The notes under the pieces were generated by a model. The model saw only the letters and a program-made list of their open reading frames with translations. It was not told the origin of the DNA and made no database searches. A DNA stretch of 64,000 nt from Hyaloraphidium curvatum SAG 235-1 (lineage: Eukaryota > Fungi > Monoblepharomycota). A program made the position numbers and the translations under genes. Position 1 is the first letter of the stretch. The number at the start of each line of letters is the position of its first letter. The DNA is taken from NCBI GenBank assembly GCA_025558095.1, contig JAIVFI010000038.1, forward strand, positions 434,001 to 498,000, read 5' to 3'. Shown piece after piece: positions 56,788-64,000 of the stretch.

Positions 56788-57280
56788 CTACGCGGCCCCT
56801 GCTTTCGCCGCCTCTGCCCTCTCCATCTCGGCCAGCATCTCCCTCCCCTTCTCGGTCCGCGGGATCAGCTTCGGGCGGTAGTAGCTCCGCACCACGTCGT
56901 GCGTCTTGCTCCAATCGCTCCCCGACACGCCGCCGACGCGCCGCCCGTTCCAGTACAACGCGATGTGGGGCAGGCCGTCCGGCAGTGCCTCGCCGGCGCG
57001 CGGGCACGCGTCCACGTCGGCCTTGGCGAAGACCGCGTCCGGGAATTCGGCGGGGAGCGTCTCGAAGCGGCCTGCGATGAGCTGGCACGGCTCGCTGGGG
57101 CGGCCGCCACGCAGGGGTGAGCTCGCGGGTCGGCCAGTCAGGGCTCGAGGGACCCCACCACCACGCCGCCGAAAACTCGACGGCGACGAGCTTGCCCGCC
57201 GTGCCGTCGATCAGACGCTGCAGCTCGTCGTCGTTGCTGGGGGAAAGCACGTCGGACGGCGATGGCGAGGCCTGGGTCAT
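56788..57280 (-). CDS. thioredoxin-like protein (WCEPC after splicing), 1 intron
   Basis: KLVAVEFSAAW; a phase-2 intron splits the Cys codon (TG|C), giving WCEPC; FAKADVD, LP, VSG. Confidence 0.8.
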
Positions 57281-57448
57281 TCCGGAGAAGTTCTGCTCTT
57301 GGCGGGTCCCAAGTGCTCCAAATCCGAACCCAAGCCAGTAACTGGCAACTGGAAGCAACGCTTTGTCCTTTAAAGCTCAAGGCTCCCAGATCCTCTTCGC
57401 ACGGTCGGTCTGGATCAAGAGTCCTCGCCCAGTTCCCATTTCGTTCCT

Positions 57449-57510
57449 CCGGGACAAATGACTCCCCGGGACAAATGACTCTCCGGAAGCTACTCCCAAA
57501 GCTACTCCCA
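57449..57510. repeat. two adjacent short tandem duplications
   Basis: CCGGGACAAATGACTCC twice (imperfect), then AAGCTACTCCCA twice. Confidence 0.7.
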
Positions 57511-57626
57511 CTCCGAAGTCATGGCTCAACATAGTACTGCACTGAACTACACGAGAAGCTGGTAACGTAACTTTGTCTTGAATCACCTTCTGCCTAGGAG
57601 TACCCCAGGTGAACCAAGTCCCGAGC

Positions 57627-58171
57627 CTACTGGATGTTGCAAAAGTACAGGTCGTAGCCCGCCGCCGCGTCGTAACCCGAGCACGTGCTCCAGCAGGTGC
57701 AAGCGCCGCTGGTCTTGTGCCTCGCGATGTAGTTCCCGCCGGCCTGGGTCTCGCAGTACCTCAGGCATTCCTCGGGGGAGGCGGTGCCGGTCGTCATCCC
57801 GTCGTACAGTTCGTCGGAGCACACCACGTCGTTCGAAGAAAGCGTGCACTGGTCGGCAAAGTACCGGCGGTACAGGCCGCGCCTGTCTCCTTGGGGGTAG
57901 GCAACACAGGCCACAGAGCCGGCGGGCGCGCCGGGGTAGGCGTACTCGCTGCCGCCGCGGGCGCGGGGACGTTAGCAGCCCATCAGGGCGCCGATTCGCG
58001 GCCAAGGAGCGCTCACCAGTAGGAGGCCTGGTCGCAGTCGGCGCAGGAGCGCCGGAACACGCCGACGTTGCCGGGCGCGGCGGCGGAGACCACCTGCGGC
58101 GCGGCGTCCGCCGCCCCGGCGAGGGCGGCGGCGGCAAGACCGAGGTAGAGAAAGGCTAACGCGATGCGCAT
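57627..58171 (-). CDS. small secreted Cys-rich protein, paralogue of 32009-32644, 1 intron
   Basis: Signal peptide MRIALAFLYLGLAAAALA; CADCDQASYW|SEYAYPGAPAGSVACVAY..LYRRY; SPEECLRYC..CTC. Confidence 0.75.
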
Positions 58172-58282
58172 GACGGTAGGACAGAGGTGTGCAGCGGCCT
58201 GAAATGTCGATTTGGTGCGTCCCTTGCCTCTGACGTAGTTCGGAGGCTGGTGAAGGACTTCACCCTTGCAGCCCAAGGATCC

Positions 58283-59107
58283 CTAACCCTCAGTTCGAAA
58301 GGTCACGTCAAAATGTCGCATCTCGATTTGAAAGTGCCGGATTGATGATCTTGGGATGCGGAACAAGCAAAGGCACGCGGTATCCGTGGTCAAAGGCGGG
58401 ATGTCCGGTCGTCCCATCGGACACGAATCGTTCCGGTGGACGCCCGGCAGGTAGTTTCTCGGCAGCTCTAAAAAGGAGAAATCTGCTGTCGACGCCCGTG
58501 GCCGGCTCTTTGACAGTGATTCGGGGGTTATCACAATCGTTGGAAGCACCCGACGACTCTGCGACTCTCTGTCGCCACCGTAATTGTACAGGTTGATTTT
58601 CGTCAAAGCAGGACAGCCCCGCGCGAATGATTCGCAGGCGCAACGGAGCAGTTCGTCGGCAACGTCGGCGTAAATGGTCAGGTTCTCCAGGGCGGGAAAC
58701 CGGCACGGAAAAGAGCTAGGTTCCGGCCCCTTGAACTCCGTGCTTCCGAAGTCGATGGTCACCTCCTTCAAGCTCGGCCACTCCAGAGAGGCGAAGAGAT
58801 AGAACGGAACCGTCGTGGGGCCATAGATCCTCGCGTCTGTGATATGGGGAGCCAGCGCCCCTGCCAGACCCGAGTTCCACAGCCAGGAAGCTTCATTCTC
58901 CTTGTCATTGACCACGAAGATGCGGCACATGCTGAACTTGTTGGCCCCGCCGGAATCCATCGCGAAGTTCTTCATGCCAGAGCCCGACCCCAAGAACGCC
59001 GACCACTCCTTGCCATCCGGTTCGTCGGTGCGCATTAAGTGACCAAGCAACCGCGTCACGAAGTACGGGAGCAAAAGCGCGTGCACCGCGCGCGATGCGA
59101 AGGCCAT
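58283..59107 (-). CDS. hypothetical protein with degenerate RNI/F-box-associated LRR-like segments
   Basis: WPSLKEVTI, FPALENLTI, CPALTKINL. Confidence 0.5.
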   Translation of the reverse strand: MAFASRAVHALLLPYFVTRLLGHLMRTDEPDGKEWSAFLGSGSGMKNFAMDSGGANKFSMCRIFVVNDKENEASWLWNSGLAGALAPHITDARIYGPTTVPFYLFASLEWPSLKEVTIDFGSTEFKGPEPSSFPCRFPALENLTIYADVADELLRCACESFARGCPALTKINLYNYGGDRESQSRRVLPTIVITPESLSKSRPRASTADFSFLELPRNYLPGVHRNDSCPMGRPDIPPLTTDTACLCLFRIPRSSIRHFQIEMRHFDVTFRTEG

Positions 59108-59316
59108 CTCGCGGTGGGTCTGGATGGGCGACGCGAGCGCCACGGCGAGAAGAGAAGCAGCTCCGGAATCAGGCCGGGAGCCGGATCTTCTTCTTCTCCG
59201 GCGTCCATTTCGTCGCCGCGTGGCTCCATCTCGCGCTTTGCAGATCGGCCCTCGAGCGCGGAGTGTTGGCAGGTGTGTGATCGATGTTTCCACGGAAACC
59301 AACGTCCCCCTCGGCA

Positions 59317-60792
59317 ATGGACGGCGCGGCGGTGATCGACGTGCCCCGCAAGAACGGGCCGTGGAGCGACGTGGCGTGGCTCGGCCTCCTCCCGGGAGAA
59401 CTGACCCGGGACGGCGGAGCCCCGTGGGCAGCCGTGCCTCCCGACCCGGCGCGAGCGGGGCGCGACGCGGACCCGCTCTCGCCCGAACGCGTGGCGCAGG
59501 TGCTCTCCGACGCCGGGTCGCCGGCGCTGGGCGCCTTTATGGCCTTCCGCATGCGCGCTCTGGCCCGCGCGTCGCTATGGCAGTTCGCACTCTGGTTCTC
59601 AATGGCCACGTTCGCATCCCCGCTCTTGGCCGTGCCTTTTGTCGTAGGCACATACTCGTCGCGGGCACTGGGCACTGTTGTTGCCTCATTTCTCTGGTCG
59701 ACCATGGCGTGGTTCGTCGTCAACGCGTTCGGCACGCGGGTTAACTCGGGCCACAGGGATCTCGCGTTCGAGCAGTTCGTGCGCTACGCTCTGTTGCTCG
59801 CGACGAATTCGTCGGACACGGATTCGCTCGTGGAGCACTGGGAGAGGGATTCACGTTGTCCCTGCCCCGCCCCGACGTGCCTTGGCCGGTTTCGGACAAC
59901 TTTCGCTCGCTCTCTTGTTGTCCGCACAGTGTACACGTTTGCTTGCCTTTGGACGGCGTACACTTTTCTTGCCTTTTACACCCAGCTGGTGACGCTGGCG
60001 GGGTACACATGGACGCATGCGTGGAGTCTAGCTTTCGCCGTGCTCGGTCTGCTCGCACGGACCATGTGGTACATCGCGGGCGCGCTCGTATTGCCGATGA
60101 GCATGAACGCCGCTCTGCTGGACGTCTCCAGTCGGCTCGAGGTCCGAGCGTTCGATGTTTCGCTGGGCCAACTTGTGGAGTCGGCGGCAGCCGCAGTCTC
60201 CTCATTCGGAGCCGAACGGGAAGCAGCTCAAGAACCTACGTCCCTACCCTCCATTGCCGCCGGCCCGTACTGGATCGTGCACGACGCTCTGGCCCCACGA
60301 ATGCGCACCAGGTTCGCCGAATTCCGCCCGAACAGCCACCTCGTGCTCGCTGGCATCGCCATCGAGCTGATATCGGGCTTCATCTACGCCGTCGGCTCCT
60401 CCTGTCTGCCCGCCTGGGTGCTCATGTCCGTCGCCACGTGGATCTCGTTCGCCCTCTCGGACCTCGTCACCGTCGCCCGCGCCAACGCCCGCGCCGGGGC
60501 CGTCGCGGACCTGCACCGCGCCGCCGCCGCCGACCTGCACCGCCTCGTGCTCTCCCTCCCCCCTACGGAGCTTGCGGCCCCGCTCCGCAGGCAGCTCCTG
60601 GACCGCGAGTCCGCGCTCGCCTCCGTGGCGGGCGAGGCGGAGCACATGCGGGCCAGGTTCGCGGGGTTGGTCGTGGACACGGGGGTCGTGAGGACCGTGC
60701 TTGCGACGGGGCTGACGGTGGGGGTGGCGCTGTTTGGGATAGTGAGGGGGTCGGTGGCGGTGACGCTGGAGAGCGTGTGCAACACGGCGTGA
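59317..60792 (+). CDS. 7-TM GRL/7TMIC-like family member, intronless
   Basis: LVEHWERDSRCPCPAPTC; WTHAWS; GSSCLPAW; ARFAGLVVDTGVVRTVLATGLTV..LESVC. Confidence 0.8.
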   Translation: MDGAAVIDVPRKNGPWSDVAWLGLLPGELTRDGGAPWAAVPPDPARAGRDADPLSPERVAQVLSDAGSPALGAFMAFRMRALARASLWQFALWFSMATFASPLLAVPFVVGTYSSRALGTVVASFLWSTMAWFVVNAFGTRVNSGHRDLAFEQFVRYALLLATNSSDTDSLVEHWERDSRCPCPAPTCLGRFRTTFARSLVVRTVYTFACLWTAYTFLAFYTQLVTLAGYTWTHAWSLAFAVLGLLARTMWYIAGALVLPMSMNAALLDVSSRLEVRAFDVSLGQLVESAAAAVSSFGAEREAAQEPTSLPSIAAGPYWIVHDALAPRMRTRFAEFRPNSHLVLAGIAIELISGFIYAVGSSCLPAWVLMSVATWISFALSDLVTVARANARAGAVADLHRAAAADLHRLVLSLPPTELAAPLRRQLLDRESALASVAGEAEHMRARFAGLVVDTGVVRTVLATGLTVGVALFGIVRGSVAVTLESVCNTA

Positions 60793-61068
60793 AGTTCGAT
60801 TGGAGAAGTCCGTTGCGGACTTGTTCCCGAGCCGCATCCGATGTCGGCCCTTTCATGATTGTACTCCTCACCGCAATTCGATCCATTTGTCGTCTCTGTC
60901 CGATCGCTCGATGGAATATGCACGTTCCAGCAGACTGCGGCGGGGCCAAGGGCGGGGCTAGCGTCAGGGCCCGTGTCGCTCTCCGCCCTACAAACCTCGC
61001 CGCCCTGGCGATCGCGCAGGACTTCGGGAGCCGTCTGCGAAGTGGCTTCAAGCGTCGCGATCGTGGCA

Positions 61069-62529
61069 ATGGGAAACGAACCGGACGCGGCCGCGCCTGC
61101 CCTCGCGCCGGGCAAACGTGCCGCGCTCGCGTTCTCGGCACCGGAGCTCCTCGCCATCTTCCCCGCCCCGCTGCCCGACCCGGATGCGCCGCGCCTCGCT
61201 GCTGACGACGAGGCGGCCGACCCCGCTTTGCAGATCCGCGAGGCGGCGCCGCTCTCGAAAGACGCGTTTTTTGCGCTGCTCAAGAACCACGGCGCGGCCA
61301 GATGGGCGGCCGCCCTGCACCTGTGGTTCCGCCCGTTTTTCGCGCGCTTCGCCGCGATGACCGTGCCAATCATGCTGTTGACGGCCGCGATGACGGCCCC
61401 GCTGTGGCTGTTCAACGGGACGCAGCTCCTCTTTTCCGCCCGCTCGCTTGCCATCGCAACCACGGTGCAGGCTGCGTACTCGGGCTTGTTAATTCCCGGA
61501 CTGGTCTTTACTACGTGGTCTGCGCGCGGGATAGCAGGAGTGCACCGGACGCGAGTCAACGAGGATTTTTCCGGGCACGTCTACGGTGGCGTCGCGCGCT
61601 GGGCCCAGCTCTGCGCGGAAGGCAGGTCGAGGCTGATTCAGCACGACGGCGGGGACCCTCTGTGCCCGTGCAGCTCGCCTTCCTGCGCATTGCGTTCGGC
61701 CGATACGGCTGCAATGACGGCTCTCTTCCTGAATTCTGTCTTCTCGTGCTTCGAGTCGTTCGTCTTCTTCGCGCAGACTTGGACGGCAACGGTGACCTTT
61801 GCTCCCAGAACCTTTGCCAGCCCTTGGAGCACAGTTCTTGCCGTATTCAACATTGCCGCTATCTCCATCTACCAACTTGTGCGCATTCCCGCTGACCTCG
61901 TTCAGAACCCACCACTCGACCTCGCCAAGCGAATCCGCCACCGCGCTGTCCTCATGCTGATGCAGGATGTGGTCGCGCGACGCGATTCACTGTCCCTGCC
62001 GGCCTCCACCGAACCCTATGTTGCCTTCCACTATTCCTTGTCTACGGCATGGGCTTCGAACCTCGCTCGCTTCCATGGCGGCTCTGGCTTTGTCTTGTTT
62101 GTGGCCGGCTTTTGCTTGGCCAACTGCATAGTCATGGCCGCTGCGGACGGCTGCATCCCTCTCGCTTGGCCTCTCCTCCTGCTCGAAGTTCTCGCGTCCT
62201 CCACGCTTCGCATGATCTTTCTGACCGCTTCTTGGAACGCCGGAATCTCTTCCATCCGCGCACTGTACAGTTCCGCCGCGACCCAGCTCCTCAAGCGCGA
62301 GACCGACCCCGCCTTGGGCTCCCCTGCACGGACGCACGCGGAGCTGCTCCGCGCGTTCGCGGCCGACGACATGCGCGGGAAATGGCTGGGCATACCCGTG
62401 GATTACTCCGTGGCAAGGACGGTGGCCGTGACGGGGGTCACCGTGGTCCTGGGGCTGTGGACGGTGGTCAGGGGGGCTGGCGTGGTTTTCACGATCCAGA
62501 ACGTCTGCGGTGGGATCCCTGTAGATTGA
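61069..62529 (+). CDS. 7-TM GRL/7TMIC-like family member, intronless, tandem to the previous gene
   Basis: LIQHDGGDPLCPCSSPSC; DGCIPLAW; KWLGIPVDYSVARTVAVTGVTV..IQNVC. Confidence 0.8.
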   Translation: MGNEPDAAAPALAPGKRAALAFSAPELLAIFPAPLPDPDAPRLAADDEAADPALQIREAAPLSKDAFFALLKNHGAARWAAALHLWFRPFFARFAAMTVPIMLLTAAMTAPLWLFNGTQLLFSARSLAIATTVQAAYSGLLIPGLVFTTWSARGIAGVHRTRVNEDFSGHVYGGVARWAQLCAEGRSRLIQHDGGDPLCPCSSPSCALRSADTAAMTALFLNSVFSCFESFVFFAQTWTATVTFAPRTFASPWSTVLAVFNIAAISIYQLVRIPADLVQNPPLDLAKRIRHRAVLMLMQDVVARRDSLSLPASTEPYVAFHYSLSTAWASNLARFHGGSGFVLFVAGFCLANCIVMAAADGCIPLAWPLLLLEVLASSTLRMIFLTASWNAGISSIRALYSSAATQLLKRETDPALGSPARTHAELLRAFAADDMRGKWLGIPVDYSVARTVAVTGVTVVLGLWTVVRGAGVVFTIQNVCGGIPVD

Positions 62530-62776
62530 GACGGTGTTGCCAAAGTCTTGCTGTTACTGTGTCGATTTCCAAAACAGAGCGATCGGTCCCAATGATTTCA
62601 TGCACGCGGCTCCCCTTCTATGATTATGCCCTAAAGTACAGCTGCAACCCCCGCCCGGCCATCCGCCGGGCCCGTTATAGATATCCTTTGCGATGGAATG
62701 CTGGAATCTGGAGGCACGATCAGCTCCCGACGGTTGCCCCACGGCCGCGGCACCGTACCGACAATCTGGTAGCCCA

Positions 62777-64000
62777 TCACCCGAAGCACACGCTCCTCGC
62801 CGCGCACGAGCCCTGGAAGCAGCACCCGCTCTCGGGGCACTGGTCGAACGTCGACGCGGTGCAGCCGCCGCCAGTGCCGCCGGGCGCGGGCGCGCCGGCG
62901 CACTGCGGCGCGCCGGGGCCGAAGCACTGCTCGCAGGGCGCGCAGGCGCCGCCGATGCAGCAGCCGGTGGGGCACTGGTCGACGGTGGAGGCGGTGCAGG
63001 AGCCGCCGGTGCCCGAGCTGCCCGAGCCGCCGCCCGAGGAGCCGGAGCACTGCGGGGCGCCGGGGCCGAAGCACGAAGCGCAGGGAGCGCAGGTGCCGCC
63101 GATGCAGCAGCCGCTGGAGGGGCACTGATCGAAAGTCGAGGCGGAGCAGGAGCCGCCCGAGCCGCCGCCCGAGGGGGGCGGCGGAGGGGGAGCGCCGGAG
63201 CACTGCGGGGAGCCGGCGCCGTAGCACGAAGCGCAGGGCTCTGGAAGAAGGAGGGCAGGGTGAGGAGAGAGGACGGATGGAGGCGCGCCAAAGACACCCA
63301 CGGCAAGATCCGCCGATGCAGCAACCGGTCGAGCACTGGTCAAAGGTCGAGGCGGTGCAGCTACCCGAGCCACCCGACGAGCCACCGCCGCCCGACGGCG
63401 GCGGCGGCGGCGGGGGCGGGGGGGGCGCGGAGCCGCCGGCGCAGTTGATGGTGATCCAGTCGACCTGCATCCTGTAGTCCGGGTTGTACTCGTTGCTCCA
63501 GTCTGTCGGGCCGCCGGACCAGGCGACGGTGCCGGGAGGCGTGCCGACGCCGGCGTCCCACAGGTCGAAGACGATCTTGGCGGGCCTGTCGGGGAAGCGC
63601 GAGCCCATGTCGCCGCGGTACAGCATGCGGACGGTGTTGCCGTTGATCTTCCAGGCGATGTAGTCGGAGGTGCGCTCCACGCAGACGGTCTGGACCTCGT
63701 TGAAGGCGTCGCCGTGGCCGTGGTACTGGCCGTTGACGCCGTAGATGGCGTAGCCCTGCGAGAAGTAGTTGGTCTGGACCTCGAAGACGTTGCGGCCGAC
63801 CCATTCGAAGTCGATCTCGTCGTCGATGTCTGGGCGGGGGATCGCGGGCACCGTCAGCTGAGGAACGCAAGGGCGCCGGGCGCGGGGGGAGGGGGGACCC
63901 ACCCTGGCCGGGCACGTAGGAGGCGATGAAGATGGCCGAGACGACGCCGCCGCCGCGACCGATGCGGACGCCCGTGCAGATCTCGCCGAACTGCCACCAC
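62777..64000 (-). CDS. GH16 (Crh/Utr2-like) transglycosylase with four C-terminal Cys-rich repeats; 5' end outside the window
   Basis: GVVSAIFI, DEIDFEWVG catalytic motif, VQTNYF, LWDAG, WSGG..DW; repeats CxASTFDQC..GCCxGGxC. Confidence 0.9.

Noticed and set aside
57080-57170. Thioredoxin apparently lacking the first active-site Cys
   Set aside because: A phase-2 intron splits the Cys codon; splicing gives WCEPC
62777-63365. CRISPR-like or non-coding repeat array
   Set aside because: The repeats are in-frame coding modules of the GH16 protein

Overview
This is a GC-rich, gene-dense eukaryotic window with short (about 55-75 nt) GT...CTGAC...AG introns. The gene content (GH16 Crh-like enzyme, Fat1-like ligase, Ycf1-like ABCC transporter, fungal-type MscL, LRR-TM-SH3 protein) suggests an early-diverging zoosporic-lineage fungus. 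Monoblepharidomycetes is my guess, not established. About 40 protein-coding loci can be supported; I found no rRNA, tRNA, CRISPR array or intact transposon. Highlights: (1) a spliced barrier-to-autointegration-factor (BAF)-like gene (8960-9439, minus) sits head-to-head, 183 bp apart, with a CK1/VRK-like kinase (9623-10705, plus); in animals VRK kinases phosphorylate BAF. (2) Five members (three intact, one frameshifted, one 3' fragment) of an intronless ~500-aa 7-TM family have the layout of insect gustatory/odorant-receptor-like ion channels plus a private H-x3-D-x2-C-x-C-x4-C motif. (3) A plant-type LRR-TM-SH3 receptor, a HerA-like ATPase, an MscL with a zinc ribbon, and unrecognised Cys-rich secreted modules. 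(4) Several frameshifted genes and orphan 3' gene fragments. All family assignments come from reading motifs by eye; no searches were run.
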